In this document: piece by piece, positions 1 through 12,000 of the stretch
Layout of the letters: each line of letters begins with the position of its first letter
Numbering within the stretch: position 1 is the first letter of the stretch
From: Patellaria atrata CBS 101060
Lineage: Eukaryota
NCBI GenBank assembly: GCA_010093705.1
Contig: MU006094.1
Coordinates: forward strand, 719,550-783,549
Direction: 5' to 3'
Length of the DNA: 64,000 nucleotides
Position numbers and translations under genes: made by a program
Notes under the pieces: generated by a model
Databases searched by the model: none
What the model saw: the letters and a program-made list of their open reading frames with translations, nothing else
What the model was told of the DNA's origin: nothing

Positions 1-1537
1 CCCGTCTACTGGCCTGTCTCAATACTTACCACCGTTTGTGGTAATCTGTTGATAGTACTAAAATTCTTGTTTCTGAGATAGTCCTGTACTAAAATAAAAT
101 TTAGCATATTCCTTTCTCTTTCGTCATTAATTTCCGGCAAAATCCGGATCGGTTTTGTCTGAATTCCTACCAGCCATCTTGCGCGATGGCTTAATCTTAG
201 ATTATTACTTAAGTAAAGCTTTTTTCATGATCATCATTCAACTCCTTGAACTACGATGCGCGTGTTCTTTAACTACTATGTTCTACCATGTTTTCGTCTT
301 TTCGTATGATCCACAAGTCTACGTAGAAGGTACGTAAATTTCGATATCAGAATGAGTGAGACTATGATAGATGCTAACTGTAGCAATTCTGAAACTCTAT
401 AAGAGAAGGAAATGACCAGTATACCTCTTCAAATTCGTGTAGCCGGCTGTCGGGCATTGAAAATTTACCTTTCAGGGAAGCGAGTGCTCCCAAAATTGCA
501 GTAAGCTCTGTCCATTCATGTACTGTGCGCATAAGCTGACCTATAAGTTTGTTCAGAGCTCAGAGTGGCGTCTTTAGGAGTGTAGACTGACTGTTCAATC
601 TATCTCACGAGTAGCGAATCATAGTTGTCCCTATCTCCCAGTCTTTCTTAGGTTAAGAGTGGACGACTCCACCCAAAAGCTGGCGCCCACAGTCGACTGT
701 CCCGGGTCTGGAACATGTTACTTCTGCGCTTACCCGAAAATTTAACTCCTTTAGCCGTTTATAGACCAATGAGTTGTACGAAAATCGCCGAGGGGAAAGG
801 AGACTAATCAATGCGACGTTTACACTCGCTAAACCAACTAGAACCCACCCATATCTATAGTATAAACATCGTAGATAAGGTACCCCTATGCCATTACGAT
901 CAAACATCTCGGGTTTAGCATCACGACACCCAACAGTACAGCTGTGTAAATACTACCCACCTGATCTGGGTACTACGCTATAGCACGATTATTGTCGACT
1001 TTTCCTCATGGCCAAGCTTGGAATTTAGTTACATGTGTAATTCCCATCAGTGCGGTTGTGGGATTCTCGTTGTCGATGCACGACTCAACACTGTCGGTAT
1101 CACCTCGGTGCGATCCGTAAGGATCCAGGCCACTCCCAGAATCCCGATCAGATCCATCCACCTGAGATTAGATAGGATGAAAACTTTTTCCACCCGACGT
1201 CCGACCTCAGTCCAACCTCAATTCATCAATAAGACGCTATTTTCCGAGGAACCACTTCTTATTGTAGTCTATAACCAAGAGTTAAGAAGTCAAAGACCTA
1301 GGGAAAATTGAGGAGTTAGATCATTTCGCGAAATGCTATGATGTTTAAGAAGTGATAATGTAAAGATTCTAACATTTTCCAGCTACCTAAGAACATCACT
1401 GTACGCCAGACAAGCTTAATACATTATTCAGTGACAATCGTACGCTAAAGGCATTCCAATTACACCATCTCTAACATTAAGAGGGGAAAAACTCCGTGTC
1501 ATGTGACGCTCGAAAAACAAAAGGACGCGCCGATTTG

Positions 1538-2655
1538 TCAGTACAAGATCTTTGTCATTTCACGGTGGAAGTCCAATGCCGTGATGTCTGGGAAATGCGC
1601 CGGGTTCTCCTCGGTGACGAAATGCTTGATAGGACCAACGGATGCTCCTCTGTGAGCCTTGAAGAAGAAGACTGAGGAGTAGCGCTCAGGAATGCTACCA
1701 TCTTGCTGGTTCTGCAATCCCGGAGGGGTGTTGACCTGGTGCAGACCGCCGGTAACGACCTTGTTGGTCCATCGAGTGAAAGTATCGCTGGTGTTGACTA
1801 CCATCACGTTCTCTCCCGGGTTCACTGGGACAGGGGCAAAGCTGAATGGTTTGCGCCTGTCCTCGCATTCGAGACCACCTAGGCCGTCTTGGAAGAGAAG
1901 GGTGATGATACCGAAGTCAGTGTGGGGCCAAGCGCGCTTAATGAGACCCTTCTTGAGAGTCTCCACAGCGACTTCTGGGTAGTAGAGCATGCGCAGCTCG
2001 CTAGCCGCAGGGATACACTTCTCGACGAGAGTTCCGGTTTCCATGTGGAAACCGACTTCGCATGCGCGCATGATATCAAGGCATACATTCTGCGCAGCCT
2101 CGAAGTACTCATACACGAACTCGCGGAATCCTGGGAGATCCTCATCAGGGAAAAGGTTGGGGAATTGAGTCTCTTCCTTAGGACCGCAATCGAAGTGTTC
2201 CTAGACATCTTTAGCATTCGTTCTGCAATACCATCTGAGAGAGACAGTGATGTACCTTCTCATCGAGAAGTGTGGTCTTGGACTTATCTACACCAACATA
2301 GTTCTCCTTGCGGAGCTTAGAAGTTGTTTCGAGCCCCTTCTTGCTCCAGCCACGCTGCGGGTCAGGCCCTGGTGCGTGGTAGATCTTCAACTTCTGCTCC
2401 TCAGTCATTGCGAAGAACTTCTTCTCCTGTTGTTTATCAGTTAGAAGAGTGGAAGCTAATGATTGCAAGATGAGTGGACTTTACCCATTTCCAGATGTTC
2501 TGGACCATCTCATCAGTGATGCCGTGGTTCCTTAGCCTGACGAAGCCATGCTTGATGAATGATTCAACAAGAGCTTCACCAAGTTGTAGGCGCTCCTCAG
2601 GAGTACCGTTGTGGAAGAGATCGAAGTCAAGAAGGGGCAAGTCGAAGTCGGCCAT
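1538..2655 (-). CDS. 2-oxoglutarate/Fe(II)-dependent dioxygenase (IPNS/DIOX_N fold), resembling fungal amino-acid hydroxylases of the EcdK/GloF/PhqC/UcsF type
   Basis: Three exons (2655-2485, 2426-2256, 2200-1538) joined by GT-AG introns give about 334 aa. It has the DIOX_N start LPLLDF...HGFVRLRNHG, the HxD motif (WPHTDFG), a distal His (GLHQV) and the RxS 2OG-binding motif (RYSSVFF). Confidence 0.9.
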
Positions 2656-3211
2656 TTTTGCTATTGATGTTTAACCACGGAAAGATGGATGAAGAGAGCT
2701 GTTCAGATTCTTTGCTGAAGAAGAGGAGTGTTTGAATGCTTGAGTTGCTTGAGTTGCTTGAGCAATGTAGAATAAGTGATGCCTTCTCAATGCCTCTTTA
2801 TACCCACAAGAATACTCACAAGATTTACAGATCTACATCTTTCCGCCGTTTTTCACACATATCTGCGTATACCCAGAGTCAAGATCATGAATCATCTCAT
2901 TGTAGTACGTGATACAATTTCCCGATTTAGGCCTATGCAGCTTATAGCTGAGAAGGTAAGGCGGAAACCATATTCTTCGGTGGGTCTTACCGTTTGTGGG
3001 ACTGATGATGAGGCATTTCTCCTCATGCTGATGTTTCAGAACCGGATCACCGCGTGCACGGTCTATGGAGAGAATGAATCGAACGATCAGTGACGAAAAG
3101 CGCTGGAGCTAGTCATGGTCTTTTGCTGGTCATCAATATCTCAGTTGTGGGATCTTCGGAGCAGAGTTACGTGATGTATCATTACTTGAATCTAGAATAC
3201 GAAATCTAACA

Positions 3212-4132
3212 CTAATTTGCTTTAGGCTCCCTACCAAGCTCAAAGACCCGGTGTATCGCCTGCTGGATGGCATCTGTATAGACACTTTCTACGGAACCTG
3301 CCCTCAGAACTCTAACACCGCGCTCGGTGCACCCGTTAGGTGTCATTACTCTTTCCTGTACTGTAGGAGGATCATCCCCTCTCAAGATCATCTCTGCAGT
3401 ACCTTTCATAGACTGTGCTGCCATACGTAGAGCAACTTGTCGATCCAAACCAGCCTTCATAGCACCCTGGACGATTCCTTCCAAGGCCTCTGCAAAGAAT
3501 GCAGGTGTCGATGCTGCGGTAACACTCGCCGCATTCATCTCATGTTCCCTGACCTTAGTTACTGTTCCAATGCTCTCGAATACCCACATCGCTAAAGCTT
3601 CCATGTCGGCGGGAAGGGGTGATCCCGCCGTACTAATGATGGTAGCCGATTCCCTTACACCGCTTGCGGTGTTTGGCATGGCGTGCACGATGTGGGGCCC
3701 CTCCCCCTGCACCATAGATTCAGCGTCACCGTTGATGAGACCCTGGATCTTGGAAACGGATAATCCGACGCAAATGCTAAGCAAAAGCTTACTTTGTAAA
3801 TTCGCGCGCAAACCAGGGTTTGACAGGATTTTTGCAGCCTGACTGGGCTGGCATGCTAAGAGAATGATGTCGGCGGCTTTTACAGCCTTGTCATTGCTGT
3901 TCTGCCAGACTTCGATGGAAGGAGTACCGTGATCGACGTATTCCTTGTACTTGTTTTCGAGTGGCGCGATGGACTCGGGACGGTTCACGCACGCAATGAA
4001 GCGGGACGGGAGAGCCGTTAGAGGAAGTTTGTTTTTGGTCCGTGTACCTTCTTTCAAGGTGGTCAGGATCCCATCGAGGATTGCGGTACCCATGTTACCG
4101 CACCCCAAGATTGTCATTGTTGTACCGCCCAT
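3212..4132 (-). CDS. Pyrroline-5-carboxylate reductase-like imine reductase (ProC family), cluster-associated paralog
   Basis: Intronless ORF with ATG at 4132. Rossmann GCGNMG, ADIILLACQP, HAMPNTA, AAQSMKGTA and VMTPNGCT correspond to ProC motifs. Confidence 0.88.
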   Translation of the reverse strand: MGGTTMTILGCGNMGTAILDGILTTLKEGTRTKNKLPLTALPSRFIACVNRPESIAPLENKYKEYVDHGTPSIEVWQNSNDKAVKAADIILLACQPSQAAKILSNPGLRANLQSKLLLSICVGLSVSKIQGLINGDAESMVQGEGPHIVHAMPNTASGVRESATIISTAGSPLPADMEALAMWVFESIGTVTKVREHEMNAASVTAASTPAFFAEALEGIVQGAMKAGLDRQVALRMAAQSMKGTAEMILRGDDPPTVQERVMTPNGCTERGVRVLRAGSVESVYTDAIQQAIHRVFELGREPKAN

Positions 4133-5890
4133 CTTGTTGGGTGCAGATCTCACGGTGGTAGTACTTCAAATCTGTGTGTAACGAACTTTGATGTAATCAC
4201 ACCGAATGTGACGTGCGGATCTTCGAACCGAGGCTGAGATTGGACTGGCAAATCCGAAAATGATGACACTAGATTGTGGGGGGTGTAGATATGGAGGGGG
4301 TTTACGAAATTACCAACATTAGGCGCGTACTTATAAGCATTTTGGCCGTTCTACGTGGCTGACATGATAGAGCAAGGAAGAAATGCTTGTATCGACGTAC
4401 TCGGTAGGGAAAAGCAACCTCAATCTGACAACCATTTCACGCCGATACTGCGCCGATCCAGAGGTTCCGGGCACTTGGCAGTTGGAGCGACTGTGGTGGT
4501 ATAACAAAATGACTACACATATAAGCGGTGTTTGAGTGAGGTTACTTCAGATAAACGGTAAACCGCCGCTTTCGGACCTAGCGATTATCGGATGTTATTG
4601 TTAGTAGAGCTAAAGTAGCTTAGAGAGAAGCTATGACGCCGGGGATGCAGTAGTTAAAATATCGCAAACACATTAAAGGGAGTTATTTAATATTATTTCC
4701 TCTTGACCTTTCTTCAATTGGCTAACGTGCCGTAAGCATTACTTTGCAGCTATTAGTTAAGGTACCTAAGATACGATTTAGCTTCGGTGAATATAACAGT
4801 GGCGTATTCGGAGCGCGAGTCAGTCAAGGTGGGACGAACTTCGATTTCTTTTTTCACCTGTCTTCGCCTGCGTTAGCTCGATTTGGAGATTTAGTTACCA
4901 AAACTTTATATTGATGTCCTATCTCTGTGCTTTTAGTGCTGTTGATCTCGGACATCATCGTCCAAGTCTTTTTTAGAATAATCACAGGCAAAATACCGTA
5001 TCAATCAAGTGCGATATTGGTCCATAATAATAGACAAGTCCGATGTAGCTTCAGCGTTTCGTCATAGTCAGCTTGTGTAGCATCACTTTGGAACAAGCGC
5101 AATCGCGTAATATTCTCACCTGAGAAATTATTATTGAGGGGAAAAGGGATAATAATGCTACTGCAGCCGAACGAACAAATGGCCCCGTCTCCACATCGAG
5201 CGGTGTACTGTACAAGTAAGCGCTTCGTTACGTATATAATACCATGCAGGGGACCTGAGATCTATGGTGGATACGACATCGGCGCGAACCCCTTGCTTTC
5301 CTGAGACCTGGCCTGAGACTGTCTTTGATGAACCCTTTCAGCTCCTAGGTCGGATTTGATGTGCACGGCGGTACCACATCGTCAGCGCGATGCGAGAAAC
5401 CCGATACCGAAATGCAAGTGCCGGGATCCCGGCGCGCTCGGGGCTTGTCGATCAACGCATATAGCTTCCCAGTCGTTCCAACAATAGTCGATTTTTGGGC
5501 GTGTCTAACCCGTCGTGTGCCTGAGCCTGGTATTAAGCACCAGAATAATTACCGAGGCTCGATTATTATTTTTTGGATAGCTACGTGTAAAGATTTTTTG
5601 TTTACTTGCTAACACGTAGTTGTTATTCTTGTGTAGAACTATATGAAAATATTACCAAAATGCTACTAAACATAAGGATATAAAACTGAAAATAACAAAT
5701 TGCGAATTCACTGAACCCCAGGTCTCCATGAAACAATCAAATTCGACTACCACAATGTTCAACCCAAAGAAATTCGTACCCATCAACAGAAGTTTCCTGT
5801 CGCGCCATAATACTAACCTAGTCAAGCAATGACTTTTGATACCTTACCTTACCTTGCTCGTGAGAGCGTTTGAGCGAAGAAGCACAGCAT

Positions 5891-7752
5891 CTAGCTCTTG
5901 TTCTTTCTTTTCCTCAATTGGTGAAGCTTCTTCCAGTCCATCCCAAGGATGCCCCAGACTGAGTTCGCTCCCAGAATCGTACAGGTATACCAAACCCAGA
6001 CCAGCGCATAGTTTATCGCGTTGATAACCGTAGCTTGGTCTTCCTTGGACACAAGATTTCTAAGATTGGTAGCACCGGTGCTAATGATATCGTGTGGATC
6101 GAGGCCAGTGACTGTATTCCCCAATCTCTGAGAAAGGCGCTGTATGAACACGTTCTGGGCCACAGACACCATGATCGCGGGGCCTGATGCCTGGAAGAAG
6201 GTGACGACAGCAATACCAAGGGGAATATCCTCTACCCGAAGCGTATGTTGGATAATAACAGCAGCTTGTTGCATACCTAAACCAATACCAATACCGACCA
6301 TGAGCTGGTATCCAATCCATTCAGCAGGTCCAGAATTGGGCGTGAGGGTGGATAGTAGACCACATGCGATGGAAGTTATGATCGTAGAGAGGATGACAGC
6401 GGGAGCAAAGAGTCCAGTTTTCCTCACAAAGAGTCCTGCTATGACGGAAAATGTGAGTGCTCCCACAAGCTGGGGAATAGTACGTAGACCAGACTCCAAT
6501 GCCGATGTACCCTGGGCTGCCTGGAAGAAAATCGGAAGCTAGATGCGAAGGTTAGAAAATGGTTTACTTGCACACAACAAGAACTCAGGGGACGCGTTTG
6601 ACTTACGAAGTAGGCAATAGCATAGTAGGGTGCATCAATGCACAAGACAAAGAAAGAGGCAGAAATAACAGTCCTGTTCTTTGCGATGCGCGGGGGCATA
6701 GTGGCAGCATCTCCCAGATATATCTCATTTGCGGCGAAAGAGAGAATAAAGACACCAAACAAGGTAAACAATGCAATGACTCGTGGGCTATCCCAGGGAT
6801 CGGATGTACCTCCAAATTGAAGGCCGAAAATTAAGCATACGCATGCGGCAACGAACAGAACTAGTCCGAGTGGGTCCAGTCTTTGGATCTGCTTTAACAC
6901 AGTCGCTTTCTCGCGATACACCGTCGGAGGGTGGTAAAGGAAGAAAAAAACAGCGGCTACAATGGCTCCAAATGGTAAATTGATGAAGAAGCACCTGAAT
7001 TTGATGTTAGCCCGAAGTCGGCTTTAGAATGAGGCTCAAAAATACCATCTCCATGTCAGCTTATCGGTAAACACACCGCCTAAGAGCGGGCCTCCAATGC
7101 CTGCCACAATACGGATCGAGCTCACTCCCGCTGTGTAGAGTGGTCTGTCCGTCAGAGGAACAGCTTTGGAGATAATAATCAGGACACCGCTGATTATACC
7201 ACAACCTCCACCACCCGCAACAGCACGCCCTACGATCAAAACGCTCGAACTTGGAGCGACACCGCAGAGAAGTGATCCTAATTCGAAAAGGGCGATTGAG
7301 ATAATGAATACCCATTTCGTGGAATAGTCTTTGTATAGCTTTCCGAAATGAAGTTGGAAGCAACACATGGAAAGCAGATATGCGGATCCATACCAGCCGA
7401 CATCGTTAATTGAGTGGAATTCATCGGTAATCCTTGGAATCGCGGTAACTATGATAGTCTCGTCGATGGAGATGAGGAAAATTGCAAGCGCCATAGCAAC
7501 GCACATGACAATAAGCTGCCTACGGTCAAGGTGGATAGTGACTTCTGCAGGGGAAGGCGGGCCATGGTTGCTCTTCGACTCCGACTTCTCCAGGTCGGTA
7601 TGCTCTGAGCTGTCCACAGGAGCAATTTCTGTAGTTTCACTTCGACTACTCTCAATCTTCTCCTGGATAGATTTCTCCTCCATGGAACTCTCTGATTTCT
7701 CTGACTTCTCGCTCGGATCTGGCGAATGGTCTGGCGCTCGATTTTGGGTCAT
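5891..7752 (-). CDS. MFS drug:H+ antiporter (DHA2, 14-TM; secondary-metabolite efflux type)
   Basis: Exons 7752-7046, 6994-6607 and 6538-5891 splice in frame. Motifs DETIIVTAIPRITDEF, VGWYGSAYLL, GRAVAGGG, LTWRWCFFINLP and LPIFFQ are present. Confidence 0.92.
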
Positions 7753-9059
7753 GATGACAACGAAACTGTGGGGAGAGTCGTCTAAGGCCCGTGCCGTAAG
7801 GAATTGAAGCTTGAGGGGAAGTAAGGGGGAAGGATGGTAAAGCGACGCTTAGGAGAGTGAGAATGGAACAAAAGAGCTCAGACTTAGCTTCCGTCGGATT
7901 ACACGCGAAAGCTTACGCTGAGGGACAAGAAGGAGTTTGGAGAGTTAAGCTTCAAGATGAGAAAGAAATTCGGGTGTGCTTCCCAGTTGTGCCATTAAAA
8001 CCATAATATTCATTATTGCTACCCTGTATTGTGACACTAAATCAACTGGGGAACAAAACGTTACGATAAGCTTCTGCCGCGTTGTCGCCCTCGTCGCGGT
8101 GTACGATGGGGTGGTAGCTTATCACGATTCACATAGTTCACCATGGGCCAATACCGCTTCAGATTACCGTCTGAGGTAATCCGTGCATATGACACAATCA
8201 TCGTGAGTTTGCGCTAATAAATTCACTGTGATGGCCAGCTCGTCAAGGATGAGCCGGTAAACGTGGTGGGGTTAGCAGGATATGCGCTCCTGAAGGGGCA
8301 GGCGAAGTTGGGTTAGGGTTGCACATCATCGCGAAAACCTCAGCCGTATCTTTCCCAAAAGGCCCCCCACGGGGCAAGCAGATGCGGGCGGCACGGTTGG
8401 CTTAAACGCCTCGGTGACGGCGTTGCTTAAAACGTCCAAAGGCGGTCTTGGTGATCTTGGGTATCCTTCCTTAGGCCCCTCTGGCTTCCCAGTATGAGGT
8501 CATAGCCCCTGCCAATACCAGCCAACCCTTTAAACCTGTTGGGCTGACTCAGATTCCAGTTTACCCTCCGATCTTATCATCCTAACCTCAACATCCAATG
8601 ATGATCCCATCGATGGTCGATGTCATGATTGTCATCCTAAGCTCTGGCACCTCGTACACATATCGAATAACTCTAAAACCGCCCTAAGTCCCTTGCTGCA
8701 TTGCGTCTTACATTGCATTTGACGCGACTGGCCCTGCAGCTGCAACACATCCCAATATCAGATACTTCAACGCTTAACGTCATGATCAACTGTGTTTCAC
8801 AGCCGAGTTCGGTGGTGAGCAGCCGAGCAAGCCACGCGCGGGAACCGTTGGTGGGACCCGTTCATGGCAGCCTCGTAAGTTCCAGAGTCACCGCTTCTAA
8901 AAGTTGCTGACAAGTCTATCCGTGAGAGTTTACATTATGAGCGGTACCTCACGCTGAATGTGGATTAAAAGAGCTTTCCTCACGTTCTTCTCTACCTCTC
9001 TATCATCCCCTTGGCAGAAGTGAATGTCTTCGTGAGCGAAGACAAAGTGGCTGGACCAG

Positions 9060-12000
9060 ATGACTCCAGCGGATGTGGTGGGCATAACGACCCCTGATTC
9101 AGGGGAGTTATGGAAGTTCTGTGAGGAGAACAATGTGCCTCCAGCGTCGCTCTTCAAGTTGGCCTGGGCCATCGTTCTGCACACTTACTTCGATACCCGC
9201 TCCTTTCTCGTCAAAGAAGAGCTCAGAGACTCTACGAACAAGAGTGGTCTAAAAGACATCGGTGTGATTAACTTCGCCCCTGACTTGTCCAAGACCACTC
9301 CCACTCTTTCTACCCTCCAGAATGTTGGAACGAAGAATGATAGCCCGGAGGTAGGACTGCATCAGGCCAGCCCCAACGGCTACGACAATTCTCTGGTGAA
9401 GTTGCGGAGTGAGCTTCAAATCATACATCGAGAATCTGATGAAATCGGACGGAATAGCTATTCTGCGAATGATTTCAAACAAGTATGATGACCCCTATTT
9501 GTATCTTCTATTCTTTATACTGATTTCTCTATAGTCTCAAATCACAGTAATCATAGAACTAAGTAGATCGAAATCTACCGGTTTCATATATTACGACCCG
9601 AAATTAAACGAAATTAACGACCTCAACAACTCTGCAAGAGTATTTGCTGAAGTTGTAAAAAGCATCTTAACGAACGCGGCCCCTCACATTGACGACATCA
9701 ACCTCGTCAGTGAATATGACAAGGCGAAAGTTTTGGAGTCGAATTCCAAGACTCTCTCTTCCGTCATCGACTGCATGCATTTATTGGTCTGCAAAACGGT
9801 GGCCGAGAGACCGGATGATACAGCACTGATCTCTTGGGACGGTCAACTCACCTATCGAGAGCTGGATCGATACTCTTCAATTTTAGCGCGTCATCTAATC
9901 GAAGAATTCGGGATTGGTCCCGAGAAAGTTGTACCACTATGTTTCGAAAAGTCCATTTGGGCTGTAATAGCTATGTTAGGAGTGTTGAAGGCGGGTGCTG
10001 CATACTGTTGTATAGATCCAGCCCTACCAGCAGCAAGACGGAATTACATGATTGAATTGGTTGACGGGAGCTTGGTATTGACGAGCCCGATCTATTCCGA
10101 ACTCATGGTGGATTTCCCAACATTCGCAGTCGACGCAGATTTGTTTTCAGGCCTCAATTACCCGGAAACTCTGCCTTCGTCTGGCGTTAAGCCGACTAAC
10201 ACTTGCGTTATAGCTTTCAGTTCGGGGACAACGGGAAAACCAAAGGCAATTACGCATACCCACATCTCAGTGTGCAGTGGAATTGATGCGAATGCCCCGG
10301 TTCAAGGTCTCAACCAAGTTCGGAAACGGGTTTTCCAATGGGCCGCTTATACCTTCGATGTCAGTATTACTGAAACGTTTTCCCCTCTCATTCATGGCGG
10401 GACCGTTTGTATTCCTTCCGAGGAAGAAAGGCTGAACAACGTTGACGAATGCATGATTCGTATGGATGTGGATTGGGCATATTTCACCCCTACATTCGCA
10501 AGATTCTTCCGACAATACACGATTCCTACGCTCAAGACCCTTATCCTTGGTGGCGAGGCGGTGACCATTGATGATGTTAGAGGCTGGGTTAACAAAGTAC
10601 GTGTTTTGAACGCTTATGGGCCAGCTGAAGCCATCACTTGGTTTTTGGAACCTCAGGCGGGTATCTCTAATACTATCTCCATTGGGCGTCCCATCAATAT
10701 GTACGGCTGGATTGTGAACCCGGATAACTCGGCTCAATTGATGCCAATCGGCGCTATAGGAGAATTACTTCTTGAAGGGCCCAGTCTCTTTGAATACTAC
10801 ATCAAGAATCCGGAAAAGACTGAGCAGCAATTGATTGAACCACCTCCTTGGCGCATTGCCGGCAACCTAACTTATGTTGGGAAGATGTATAAGACTGGCG
10901 ATCTGGTCCGCTATCTTCCTGATGGCACAATGACATACGTCGGGAGAAAGGACACTATGGTCAAGCTTTATGGCCAGCGCATGGAGCTGGAAGAAGTCGA
11001 AGTCACAATGCGCCGACATATTCCAGAGGGCATCAATTGTTCGGCGGATGTGATAACACCAGCGGGCGATAAAGAGGAGCCGGCGCTGGTCGCCTTTCTG
11101 TCTACACCTCCCCATACACCAGATTTCAATTTCCACGATCTCAGGATTCATCTGCAAACCAAGATTGCTGAATCGCTACCGGGATTCATGGTTCCAAGAA
11201 TATACATACCTATGGAGACACTCCCTTACAATTCTTCTCGAAAACTGGATCGTACGAAGTTAAGACAGTATGCCTCTAGTTTGACCCGCGGCGAGCTGGT
11301 CGACCTCATCAAGCAACCCGAGACAGAGAAAAAGGAAGAGAATGAATCAGAGACTCTGACCCCAGTAGAGAGTGAACTGCAGCAATTGTGGGCTACCGCG
11401 CTTTCATTGGAACCAAGTCAAGTTCGTCTAGACAATAATTTCTTTTCTCTGGGAGGAAACTCTGTCCACGCGCTGAAGGTAACGTCACGGGCCAGAGACA
11501 AGGGAATCATAATCACTCATGCGGATTTGTTCCGAGCTCCCTCGCTACGAGCTCTTGCTAAGGCTGCGAAGACCGGTTCGAGCAGTGCGGAAACATCAAC
11601 ACCACCGTTCAGTCTCATTGATGATAGCGTACGGTCTGCTGTAATTGCGGACGCTGTAGCTCAATGCGAGGTGCCTGAAGAAGCGATAGAAGACATCTAT
11701 CCCCAAGCTCCACAGCAGCAAGGTCTATGGGCACTCTCTTTAGCACATGATGGGGCTTATCTAGGACAATTCATTCTGGAAGTGAGCCCCGAAGCTGACC
11801 TCGAGAGGCTCTTGAGCGCTTGGGAGGCCGTATTAAAGCATTTGCCCACACTTCGTACTCGATTTATTGAGACTGAGTCCGGATCCTATCAGGTTGTGGT
11901 GAAAGAGGAGATACAGTGGCAAAGTTCAGATCGAACCGAAGAATATTTAGCAGCGGATGTTCAGAATAACGAGGTCGAGTTTGGAAAACCGCTTGTACGG

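Noticed and set aside
4600..5200. Possible gene relic between the reductase and the MFS gene
   Set aside because: Only short stop-interrupted frames with no recognisable motif; it cannot be supported.
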